A stretch of DNA of 64,000 bases, taken from IMG/VR virus record IMGVR_UViG_3300042898_002099. The stretch is one strand, 5' to 3'. Below the pieces are notes generated by a model, which saw only the letters and a list, made by a program, of their open reading frames with translations, did no database searches and was not told the origin of the DNA. The stretch is from a virus. The translations under genes and the position numbers were made by a program. This document shows, one piece after another, positions 19,145 to 27,626 of this stretch (positions are counted from its first letter, which is position 1; each line of letters opens with the position of its first letter).

Positions 19145-20430
19145 GCAAATAAGTCCTCAAGTGTTGATGGGGCTACCTCGCTAACAGGTTCTGAATCCAT
19201 AAACCTGCCAACGTTCTTTTCCCAATAAAGAAAATCATCAGTGTTTTTCACATCGAATAATGTTGAAAATTCGTTCTCACAATTTTTATCTCTGCAGAAT
19301 CTTAAAAATTCTTCTTTAGAATTCATAAGTGTACTAACATCTAATGTGAAGTTATGCACATTAGTTAAGATAAATGCAAGTCTGGCTCTCATAACATCTA
19401 CAAATTTGCCGCCATTTTCAAGATATTCGCCTACAGAAATATTCATTAATTTATGATAATTTTCTGCGGTATATTCTGTGCCACACACAGCATTAATTTC
19501 TGCAACAACTGTTCTATAGATATTTGAAAATGGTCTTCCCATTTTTACAGATGAGCCACCATAATCACCGGGATTCTTTTTCTTGCTATGTGAAAAATAA
19601 AACAATCCATTATCTAAAGACATAGAATGTGTTGTCGAATCATATGAAATATCAATGCCATCATATAAGCCAGTTTGACTAAACAACAAATATGGCAAGA
19701 TACGTTTTAATGCACCTACACCCAATACGTGTAGATGAAATGGTCTTTCAAATGGTACAGCATTAACAAAGAATGCTCGCTTAACATCTTCAAGTGGTCC
19801 CATACCTAGAGCAGCTGATCCCATAGCTACACCACCAATACGATGATGTAATTCTTTTGGAATCTCATCAAGCATTGCCTCGCCCCATAACTTATAAGTT
19901 TCTTGACCTGAACCTTGAATAATAACAAACGGTCTGCAAGAACTTTTCATATCATCAAATCTTTGAATTTGTTCTAATACATTTTTACCAGTTTGTCTAG
20001 CATAACTTTCAAAATTTTCCATGTCAACATATCTACGCTTAGTATCAATTTTAGATGACACACCAGATGCAGATGTAGACTTAACCGGAATCTCATCAAA
20101 TGCCATTCCTATGTCTGCGTATGTTGCTTGATTCTCAAACACCTTATTACGAGTCTCAGATGTGTTTGGTAAACCTCTAGTAATAATCTGCAAACCTCCA
20201 GAGTCGGCATGAATGTTTTTAATTACTGGTCTAAATTTTTGTAATTTTGCACCAAAGTTCTTTTCAGTAAAACCATTATACAATAAAGAAAACTGATGAT
20301 TGTTTTTATTGTGAACAGTTCTGGAAATCATGTCTTTAATCATTTCCAATGTCTCAGGGTCATTACATTGTTCTGCACCCAACCTCAGATAAGCGGGACC
20401 TGATATAACATATTCTAATTGTCTGCTCAT
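19141..20430 (-). CDS. dpdA: TGT-family DNA 7-deazaguanine transglycosylase (DpdA-like)
   Basis: TGT motifs HADSGGLQ, MAFDEIP, IIQG, GGVAMG, HLHVLGVG, SYDSTT; clustered with folE/queD/queE. Confidence 0.82.
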   Translation of the reverse strand: MSRQLEYVISGPAYLRLGAEQCNDPETLEMIKDMISRTVHNKNNHQFSLLYNGFTEKNFGAKLQKFRPVIKNIHADSGGLQIITRGLPNTSETRNKVFENQATYADIGMAFDEIPVKSTSASGVSSKIDTKRRYVDMENFESYARQTGKNVLEQIQRFDDMKSSCRPFVIIQGSGQETYKLWGEAMLDEIPKELHHRIGGVAMGSAALGMGPLEDVKRAFFVNAVPFERPFHLHVLGVGALKRILPYLLFSQTGLYDGIDISYDSTTHSMSLDNGLFYFSHSKKKNPGDYGGSSVKMGRPFSNIYRTVVAEINAVCGTEYTAENYHKLMNISVGEYLENGGKFVDVMRARLAFILTNVHNFTLDVSTLMNSKEEFLRFCRDKNCENEFSTLFDVKNTDDFLYWEKNVGRFMDSEPVSEVAPSTLEDLFA

Positions 20431-21329
20431 AAAAATAAACTTTCTAATGAAGACTTTTGTGTGTCTCCAGCTTTTTCTGTTAAATTAACTGTAATCTGTT
20501 TTAGCTTAGGATTCTTTTGCTTGAACATTCTCATCCAAGTTCCTTTTGCTACTGTATCTTGTTTAGGCAAGTTCCATATCTCTGATATAAATTTTAGACC
20601 AGATGCTGTTCTTTCCCATCTTTGTTCTGCAGTCATTCCGGTTGACCAAGTAGACTTTTCGGGAGTTGCTTGTTCTTCTTTAAAAATAATGTTATTACAG
20701 ATAAAAACACCTAGACCGTTTTGAATAAATTCAATACCAAAATTTTGATCTTCACACGGAATTAGAGTACCATCCGAATTGACAAACTTCTCATCAAAAT
20801 ATATTTCTTTATTGTGATGTTTCTTAATATTCTTAATAATTAGAATACTTGTTTTTGTCATAAATGTTGGCCTGAATCTCCATCTAATTTTATCACCTTC
20901 AGCGTTTTCTGTCAAGTCCTTTGTGAAAGGCTGATTAGCAGGATTGACAGGTAAAAACATATCTACGTCTGCAAGATTCTCAAATGGAATATTTCTGAAT
21001 GTTTGAACAAAGGTATCATTCGCCCCATACTTTTGACCAGTATAAAGGTATGTGTCGTTGTCAGCAAAAATGGCATAATCCTCATCCGAATTGTAAAATT
21101 CTTTTAAGAGGACATTTCTTGCATCACCTGGAGTTAATACTTTACCTTGGTGTTTGATATATTGAACACCATCTTCGTATTGTTCTTCTTTGTAATTTTG
21201 AGCAAACACTACAGGCTGAAGATCATTTTTCTTAACCCAATCTAATTGCCGTTTGTGTATTTCTGCACGTCTAGCATTTGTGCTATCAGGGCCGAACCAT
21301 GATATAATGTAGCATTTCTCAAACTTCAT
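20427..21329 (-). CDS. GT-A fold glycosyltransferase, possibly DNA-base glycosyltransferase
   Basis: ARNVLL, YAIFADND (DxD), CEDQNFG; ATGA-coupled to dpdA; C-terminal SLESLFL. Confidence 0.62.
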   Translation of the reverse strand: MKFEKCYIISWFGPDSTNARRAEIHKRQLDWVKKNDLQPVVFAQNYKEEQYEDGVQYIKHQGKVLTPGDARNVLLKEFYNSDEDYAIFADNDTYLYTGQKYGANDTFVQTFRNIPFENLADVDMFLPVNPANQPFTKDLTENAEGDKIRWRFRPTFMTKTSILIIKNIKKHHNKEIYFDEKFVNSDGTLIPCEDQNFGIEFIQNGLGVFICNNIIFKEEQATPEKSTWSTGMTAEQRWERTASGLKFISEIWNLPKQDTVAKGTWMRMFKQKNPKLKQITVNLTEKAGDTQKSSLESLFL

Positions 21330-21839
21330 TTACTCACCTAGCATTTTAATCAAGTGTTTTGTCTGATGCATAGCATCGTCAAGAGCATTATGGTAAACGC
21401 CTTCTCGTTCGTCAGCAGGAATCCAATTGAATAATGCCTTTACTGTACGATAACATCTATCATCCCAGCATTTCCATGGTGGTTCTCTGTCTGTAATAAA
21501 GTAGGCATTTGATAAAATTGTATTATCAAAGACAGCACCGTTGCCCCAAACAGGCAAACTCTTAGGACCAAACCATTCCTCAAAATCATCTAATGCTTGA
21601 TTCAAAGGAATGTTATTACGAGTAAGTTCTCGCAAAGCTTCTTTATTTTGCTCCGACCACCATTTGATAGTTTCTTTAGAAACATGCATACCTACATCTT
21701 TGCAGGTTTTAAGATCAATGGTGCAATAGAAGGTATCTAAAATTTCTTTACCTTCAAATTTTACTGCACCAATTGAACAGATAGCGGCATTTGATCTTGT
21801 TGACATTGTCTCCAAGTCAACCATTACATTAACTGTCAT
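21330..21839 (-). CDS. DEDDh 3'-5' exonuclease (DexA/Rv2179c-like)
   Basis: VMVDLETMST, WGNGAVFD, HNALDDA. Confidence 0.85.
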   Translation of the reverse strand: MTVNVMVDLETMSTRSNAAICSIGAVKFEGKEILDTFYCTIDLKTCKDVGMHVSKETIKWWSEQNKEALRELTRNNIPLNQALDDFEEWFGPKSLPVWGNGAVFDNTILSNAYFITDREPPWKCWDDRCYRTVKALFNWIPADEREGVYHNALDDAMHQTKHLIKMLGE

Positions 21840-22516
21840 TTACATCCTTGTCTTGCAATCTGATAAAATTCATTTCTAACTTCTGGGTGATTTTTAAATC
21901 CGCCACCTAAACGAACTGTTACTGTAGAACTACCTGTATCTTCAACGCCTCTAGATTTGACACAATAGTGTTGTGCATCAATTAATACAGCAACATCTTC
22001 AGTATCAAGAATATATTGTAGTGTGTGGAAAATTTGTTCTGTTAGTCGTTCTTGAATCTGTGGTCGCTTGCTGAAATATTCTACAATACGATTAATTTTA
22101 GATAGACCAAGAACTTTGTTCTTCGGAACATAAGCAACAGTTGCTAAACCATCGATAACAACAAAGTGATGTTCACAATTAGATTGAACATTAACATTGC
22201 GCTCAACAACCATTTCATTATATTTCATTTTGTTGTCAACGGTTGTGCATTTAGGGAATGCATCATAATCGAGTCCCCAAAAGATTTCGTTAACATACAT
22301 TTTAGCAACACGTTTAGGAGTCTCATTTAGACTATCGTCATCTAAGTCGAGACCTAATACCTGCATAATATGTGCAAAGCTTTTTTCAATTTCCGCAATT
22401 TTATCTTTGCGATCCATTGATATTTTAAATGTTGGTGTTTCCACTCCCATTTTAACCAAATGTTCGTGAACTTGTTGTCCCAATAATGGGTCTGTTTTTG
22501 TCTTGTTATATGACAT
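21836..22516 (-). CDS. folE: GTP cyclohydrolase I
   Basis: ETPKRVAKMY, SNCEHHF, GLSKINRIV, RPQIQERLT, HYCVKSRGV. Confidence 0.96.
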   Translation of the reverse strand: MSYNKTKTDPLLGQQVHEHLVKMGVETPTFKISMDRKDKIAEIEKSFAHIMQVLGLDLDDDSLNETPKRVAKMYVNEIFWGLDYDAFPKCTTVDNKMKYNEMVVERNVNVQSNCEHHFVVIDGLATVAYVPKNKVLGLSKINRIVEYFSKRPQIQERLTEQIFHTLQYILDTEDVAVLIDAQHYCVKSRGVEDTGSSTVTVRLGGGFKNHPEVRNEFYQIARQGCK

Positions 22517-22576
22517 TTTGAATCCTTCCTAACTCGGATATGATGATTGAAATTTGTTACCTTTGTGTAACATTAT

Positions 22577-22584
22577 TATTTATA
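22577..22584 (-). promoter_or_regulatory. T4-type late promoter TATAAATA upstream of folE
   Basis: Exact TATAAATA on the minus strand in the queE-folE gap. Confidence 0.7.
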
Positions 22585-23445
22585 TTAAGTGCCCCATGCA
22601 TTTTTAAATAATGGGATTTGTAATCTGTCGGAATATCTCCAACCTTTTTTCATTGCCAATTCTGCAACACTACGATTGTTCAACGAATACATTTCTTCTG
22701 TACCACCACAAGGCATAATATAAACAGCGCCACCGAAACCAGATTTGCGATATTCATTTACTGCTTGTTCTGCTTCTTCAGCATCTTCTTTAGTTGCAAC
22801 TACAAATTTAAGATATGTATTACCTAACAATTGATATTGTTGAACAACTTCTGGTCTGATTGCATCTTCCCATTTTTCACCGCTAATTGATAATTTAGGG
22901 GATACTGAAAATGTTATATTACCATAGTCTCGACCAAACCTTGTCCACTCCTGAAATAAGTATTCATCAAACTCATCAGTTATAAGTTGTGTACCATTAG
23001 TTTCAAAAGTAAGTTCTTTTAGAGCTTGCATCTTAGGATGTTCTAAAAGATCAGGATAAGCTTTTTGCCAACCCAATAAAGGCTCACCGCCTGTAATTAC
23101 AAGATGTTCGTCTCGCCATTCCTTGTACGGTAACGTATCAACAATAGCATCGGCAATCGCATCAGTAGAAAGAACGGGAGACAAATGCTTAAAACGAGGA
23201 TCCCAAGAAGCATAACTATCACAACCCGTAGACACCAAAGGTAACGATTTATATTCTGTATACTTAGAAGGGTCAACATTGTTTGCTTCATTGCTAAGTT
23301 CTCCTTTAGGCATACCAAAACCTGCACATTTAAAGTTACAACCAAATGTTCTTAAAAACACTGAGGGTACGCCCATATAGCGACCTTCACCCTGTATGCT
23401 ATAAAATAATTCTGCAATCTTAATTTTGCTCATATTCACTTTCAA
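22585..23445 (-). CDS. queE: 7-carboxy-7-deazaguanine synthase, radical SAM
   Basis: ELFYSIQGEG, FLRTFGCNFKC...GCDS, VITGGEPLL, FETNGT, SVSPKL. Confidence 0.92.
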   Translation of the reverse strand: MKVNMSKIKIAELFYSIQGEGRYMGVPSVFLRTFGCNFKCAGFGMPKGELSNEANNVDPSKYTEYKSLPLVSTGCDSYASWDPRFKHLSPVLSTDAIADAIVDTLPYKEWRDEHLVITGGEPLLGWQKAYPDLLEHPKMQALKELTFETNGTQLITDEFDEYLFQEWTRFGRDYGNITFSVSPKLSISGEKWEDAIRPEVVQQYQLLGNTYLKFVVATKEDAEEAEQAVNEYRKSGFGGAVYIMPCGGTEEMYSLNNRSVAELAMKKGWRYSDRLQIPLFKNAWGT

Positions 23446-23710
23446 AAATAGTAGACCATTTCTTTAGTTTTTCAATTTTAGCCAATTTAGCAACACGCAA
23501 ATGTTCTAAGTCAACTACACCCATACCGCATAAAATATCTATCATAGCCAGCATGTCACCGAGCTCTTCTTCTAGATGTTCTCTATTTGTTTTGGGTTTG
23601 TTGGGTTTAAAATTGTCAATACCAAAGCGTTCGCATTTGCTAACTGCTTGTATAACTTCAGCACATTCTTCTTGCAGAATGTTAAAGACTTCTTTGATTT
23701 TTGTATTCAT
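23420..23710 (-). CDS. MazG-like NTP pyrophosphohydrolase
   Basis: LQEECAEVIQA...LEEELGDML. Confidence 0.75.
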   Translation of the reverse strand: MNTKIKEVFNILQEECAEVIQAVSKCERFGIDNFKPNKPKTNREHLEEELGDMLAMIDILCGMGVVDLEHLRVAKLAKIEKLKKWSTIFESEYEQN

Positions 23711-23715
23711 AACGA

Positions 23716-23744
23716 ATTATATGACATTTAGTCAGTAATGTCAA
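23716..23744 (-). promoter_or_regulatory. consensus sigma70-type promoter, probably giving a leaderless mazG-queE transcript
   Basis: TTGACA-ttactgactaaatgtca(17 nt)-TATAAT-tcgtt-ATG. Confidence 0.82.
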
Positions 23745-24363
23745 TTATGGGATTATCCTTTTCAGACGCTTTCTTTTTACGAGCTTTTGTCTCGGATGCC
23801 GTTTCTCGTTTTTCGGGATCGATTGTGTCTAATTGCTTTTTCAAATAATCAATCAAATGGCGGCCTGCTTCCGAATCTTCTGCATTTTGAATAATAGAAT
23901 CAATATCCATATTCTCCATGAGTTTATATTTCGTTGCCTGTTGTTTCTTTTCCTTTTGAATTCTGCGAATAAAGGCAAAGTAAATAATTTGAGTATAATA
24001 GGCAAATGGATTAGATGATTTTGTGGGATCAAATTTTGCAACAGCAGTTAGGCAATTTTCAATGCCATCCGAAACCATATCATCTCTAAATGTGTAATTG
24101 ATAAAATTAGATTTATATGATAAATGTGTTGCAATTTTAATAAAGCATTCGCCTATATATCGAGGTACTCGAGTCGGTTCCTCTCCTGCAGCTTTGGCTT
24201 TGTCTAATGCCTCTTTATATTCTATAAGAGCAGCAAGAAACTGTTTGTTGTTTACATAATGGGCAGGGGCCTTGGCGGGGATTTCTTCTTTAATGAAGGA
24301 TTCTTCTATTTCCTCGATCAATTCTAATATCTCGCTCTCCGGCGTCGTCGTTGTTTTCGTCAT
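23728..24363 (-). CDS. gp55: late transcription sigma factor
   Basis: HYVNNKQF, YIGECFIKIATHLS, FINYTFRDDMVSDGIENC, NPFAYYTQIIYFAFIRRIQKEKKQ. Confidence 0.95.
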   Translation of the reverse strand: MTKTTTTPESEILELIEEIEESFIKEEIPAKAPAHYVNNKQFLAALIEYKEALDKAKAAGEEPTRVPRYIGECFIKIATHLSYKSNFINYTFRDDMVSDGIENCLTAVAKFDPTKSSNPFAYYTQIIYFAFIRRIQKEKKQQATKYKLMENMDIDSIIQNAEDSEAGRHLIDYLKKQLDTIDPEKRETASETKARKKKASEKDNPIIDITD

Positions 24364-24772
24364 TCACATCTCCTAAAGATTGTTCAAATTTTTCAAATAA
24401 TTCTTCAATAATTTCTTCATCTGTTTCTTCAGCGTCATCGCTTTCAGTATACAGCTCGTCTTTGTTGTCTCTATACATTATATACTCTAAGTAGTTATTT
24501 TTCAAGCTTTCTTTGATGTTTGTTGCAACTACAATTTGATGTACTGGGATTTCATATACGTTTTCCTCTGAAAAACTAAATAAAGGAAACAATACGTATG
24601 ATTCTATTAACACACCATCTCTAGGCAATCGTAACATATTTAAGATTACTGGGTCTGTCACACTAATGATGCGCTTGCCTGTCAATTGTTTACAATCATC
24701 TTTCGTTTTACAGATTATGCTATCGCCAGATGTGAGGCGCAAAAATTTATAATTTACTTTTTCTTCTTCCAT
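24290..24772 (-). CDS. conserved hypothetical protein between uvsW and gp55 (Sm-like fold possible)
   Basis: LRLTSGDSIIC N-terminus, acidic tail; syntenic position in T4-like phages. Confidence 0.6.
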   Translation of the reverse strand: MEEEKVNYKFLRLTSGDSIICKTKDDCKQLTGKRIISVTDPVILNMLRLPRDGVLIESYVLFPLFSFSEENVYEIPVHQIVVATNIKESLKNNYLEYIMYRDNKDELYTESDDAEETDEEIIEELFEKFEQSLGDVNDENNDDAGERDIRIDRGNRRILH

Positions 24773-26253
24773 TATAATGATACCTTTACTAATTTATAGT
24801 TAAAATGCTCATCATTATAAATTTTTATTCGTTCAATCATATGCAATAATGTATAATTCTTTTTAGATTTCCATGTTAAATCATCTGCAATGTCATATAG
24901 TTTACACGATGTCTTACTTTCACTTGTTCTCAAGCCTCGACCAATAGATTGTAAGTTTCTTACTCTCGATTTTGAGGGTGAAGCAAAAATAATATTATGC
25001 AGGTTTTTAATATTTATTCCTGTAGAGAAAGTACCATAGCTAGCAACAATAATTGCATCAGTCTCTGTTTCGGTAATTCTACGAATATCTTCACGCTGCT
25101 CAGTATCAGTTCCACCATAAACAAAAAACACTTTTCGATTCACCGCTTTTTCTTCAATCATATCTTTTAAAACTTTGCCATGTTTTTCAACATACTGAAA
25201 TAACACTAACGTATTGCTCGTCTGTGTTATTGCAAGATTTCTAATAAATTTATTTCTAGCTTCATGCTGAACTAAAAAATCCATTTCATCTTGATATGAT
25301 TTACCTTTTTGGGCTTTTTTAATTTCATCAGAATATTCTAAAATGATATTAAAAATTTCTAAGTCTGCAAGTGTTTTATCGTTAATTAATTTTTTGGTTG
25401 TTGTGACTTTATAAACTGGCCCAAACAATCCTTCTAGAACTAATTTATGGGTATGAGTACCATCCAATGTCCCTGTCGTCCCAACTCTATATGGAGTAGT
25501 AGTACATTTATTTAGTATACTTGTTAATGACTTTGCTTTAAATAAATGAGCTTCGTCACCATAAATTGCTTTAAAATCTGCAAAGAACTGTTTGGGCAAT
25601 TTATAAATTGATTGCCAAGTACTAATGACTATATCATATTCATTAGACTTTTCGTGCCCGCCATAAATACGATGACAATGTTCTGAGGCTTTCCAGCCAT
25701 TTAAACAAGAATAATCTTGAAAATCCGAATACATCTGTTCAACTAAAGAAGTCGTTGGAACAAGTATTAATTGTCTACGACCAACTCGTTCATGCCATCT
25801 GATTAAACAGTAAATGATAAGAGATTTACCTGACCCTGTTGGGGACAATAATAATCTCCTGCCATCTTTAATTGCTTGAAATACTGCATCAAATTGATAA
25901 TCCCTAATTTGTATAGGTTTACCCTTTGAGCCAACATTTAGATCTTCGCAAAACTTTCTAACTATGTCGTAAGTAACTGCATCGTTTTCTTCTACATAAT
26001 TAGAATAATCAATAACATAATCTCGTTCTTCGCAGAATCGTTCTAGGTAGCTTTTTAGTCCTACATATAATTCTTGTGTGAACATAGAGTAAAGTCGTAC
26101 TTTACCATCCCACATACGAGATTTATAAAGAGGATGAAACTTAGCACCAGGAACATCAAAAGAAAAATGATCGTTTAACTCTTGTCCTATTGAAGGTTCA
26201 CATCTTACTTTTAAATATGCTTCGTCTTTTTTCGATAATTCGATATCTGCCAT
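24772..26253 (-). CDS. uvsW: RNA-DNA/DNA-DNA helicase
   Basis: RDYQ, SPTGSGKS, VPTTSLVEQM, GDEAH, GTTGT, LQSIGRGLR. Confidence 0.96.
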   Translation of the reverse strand: MADIELSKKDEAYLKVRCEPSIGQELNDHFSFDVPGAKFHPLYKSRMWDGKVRLYSMFTQELYVGLKSYLERFCEERDYVIDYSNYVEENDAVTYDIVRKFCEDLNVGSKGKPIQIRDYQFDAVFQAIKDGRRLLLSPTGSGKSLIIYCLIRWHERVGRRQLILVPTTSLVEQMYSDFQDYSCLNGWKASEHCHRIYGGHEKSNEYDIVISTWQSIYKLPKQFFADFKAIYGDEAHLFKAKSLTSILNKCTTTPYRVGTTGTLDGTHTHKLVLEGLFGPVYKVTTTKKLINDKTLADLEIFNIILEYSDEIKKAQKGKSYQDEMDFLVQHEARNKFIRNLAITQTSNTLVLFQYVEKHGKVLKDMIEEKAVNRKVFFVYGGTDTEQREDIRRITETETDAIIVASYGTFSTGINIKNLHNIIFASPSKSRVRNLQSIGRGLRTSESKTSCKLYDIADDLTWKSKKNYTLLHMIERIKIYNDEHFNYKLVKVSL

Positions 26254-26693
26254 TACATCATGCCGTTGGTAAATTTATTCCATTCAATAGCATTTTTAAT
26301 ATCCCATGTTCTACTGTTCAAAGAGCGAATGATTTGTTCTAACTGATACATTACTGTTTTAAAATATTCGACTTTGTCTTGATATAAAACAAGATCATAA
26401 TCAACAGTTAGAAACTCATCCATTTCATTCTTTAATGGTTTATTGCCTTGCCATTGTTCCCAACCCTCGTCTGTCAATTCTGCTTGTGACATCTCGCCGC
26501 GATAATAACGATATTTCTTACGACGACAATTCAAATAGTCAGACTCAGCTTTACGAAGGTTGAGGCGTGTTGAAGATAGGTAGTTCAAATACTTGGCATG
26601 AAGGTTTGGAGTCCTCGCAGATTCATGGCCAAGATTCATCTCATTAATCTTACAATCCTCTGCCCAGGATTCTTGTAGATCTGATAATTTCAT
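26253..26693 (-). CDS. uvsY: recombination mediator protein
   Basis: W.EDC.I, PNLHAKYL, YYRG, RTWDIKNAIEW; adjacent to uvsW. Confidence 0.9.
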   Translation of the reverse strand: MKLSDLQESWAEDCKINEMNLGHESARTPNLHAKYLNYLSSTRLNLRKAESDYLNCRRKKYRYYRGEMSQAELTDEGWEQWQGNKPLKNEMDEFLTVDYDLVLYQDKVEYFKTVMYQLEQIIRSLNSRTWDIKNAIEWNKFTNGMM

Positions 26694-26709
26694 AATATAA
26701 TTTACCTAT

Positions 26710-27609
26710 TTAACCAACTTGGATAATTTGCGAAGGATTACCTTGGAAGTTGAATGAACCGTAGTGGTTCAAGGAGATTGAAGGATCAAGCCAGATTTCT
26801 CCGCCGATATCTTGCCAGCGTCTGCTGAATGTGTAATCCTCAGACAAATAACGCTTGTCTTTAGGATCAATCATTGTGTCGAAGAATGCATAGAAGTGAG
26901 GATTCAATTCTGGAGGTGTATTCAAGTCGTTGTTATATTTTAACTCTGGATACTTCTCAATCATCTGGTCTATAACTTCACGCTTAATCATCATGAAGCC
27001 TGTTGCGCCGTCGTGTAGACGAATTAGACCATTTTCAATTGCAATTTGTTTTTGTTCGCGATTAAGGAACTTAAAGTTAATTGCGTAGTCACTACCAAAA
27101 GATGCAATTGCTTTGTCATCAAGTGGTTGGTCTGTTTGTTTAACGCTATCACGAATGCGCTGCCAATTAACACCCTTCTTAGGATAGGCACCAACTGCAA
27201 CATCTTTGTTGTGTGCAATTAATTTAATAACGTCTTCAACCTGATATTCGATATCAGCATCAATAAACATCAAACGAGTGAAATTACTTTGTAGAAAATA
27301 TGCCACAAGAACATTACGTGCTCTTGTAACTAAAGATTCATTTGCAATTGTACCAAACGCTACTGGGATTTGATGTTGATTGCAAAATGTTAATAAACGA
27401 ATTGTTGATCGAAAATAAGCTTCCGTTAATTGACCGCCGTAGCACGGGGTCGCAATAAAGATTCTTTCTTTACGAAGAGCATCTAGACTAACTTCTAATT
27501 TTTTTTCATTAGGAGCAGCTGCAGCTGCGCTAGATTGTTGTCCCGCTTTAGGCAAGTTAGGAACAGGGGGCAAAGCCATAGGCGATACTTTTTTAATTTT
27601 TTTATCCAT
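26710..27609 (-). CDS. GT-A fold glycosyltransferase-like protein
   Basis: IATPCYGG, ESLVTRARN, MFIDADI (DxD), GATGFMMI, YLSEDYTF. Confidence 0.75.
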   Translation of the reverse strand: MDKKIKKVSPMALPPVPNLPKAGQQSSAAAAAPNEKKLEVSLDALRKERIFIATPCYGGQLTEAYFRSTIRLLTFCNQHQIPVAFGTIANESLVTRARNVLVAYFLQSNFTRLMFIDADIEYQVEDVIKLIAHNKDVAVGAYPKKGVNWQRIRDSVKQTDQPLDDKAIASFGSDYAINFKFLNREQKQIAIENGLIRLHDGATGFMMIKREVIDQMIEKYPELKYNNDLNTPPELNPHFYAFFDTMIDPKDKRYLSEDYTFSRRWQDIGGEIWLDPSISLNHYGSFNFQGNPSQIIQVG

Positions 27610-27626
27610 AATAACTCCAAGTTATA

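Noticed and set aside
16045-23445. folE/queD/queE as folate or tRNA-queuosine auxiliary genes
   Set aside because: No queC/queF/queA in the window, and the TGT-like gene is divergent with a clamp-like tail, so DNA modification fits better; a tRNA target is not formally excluded
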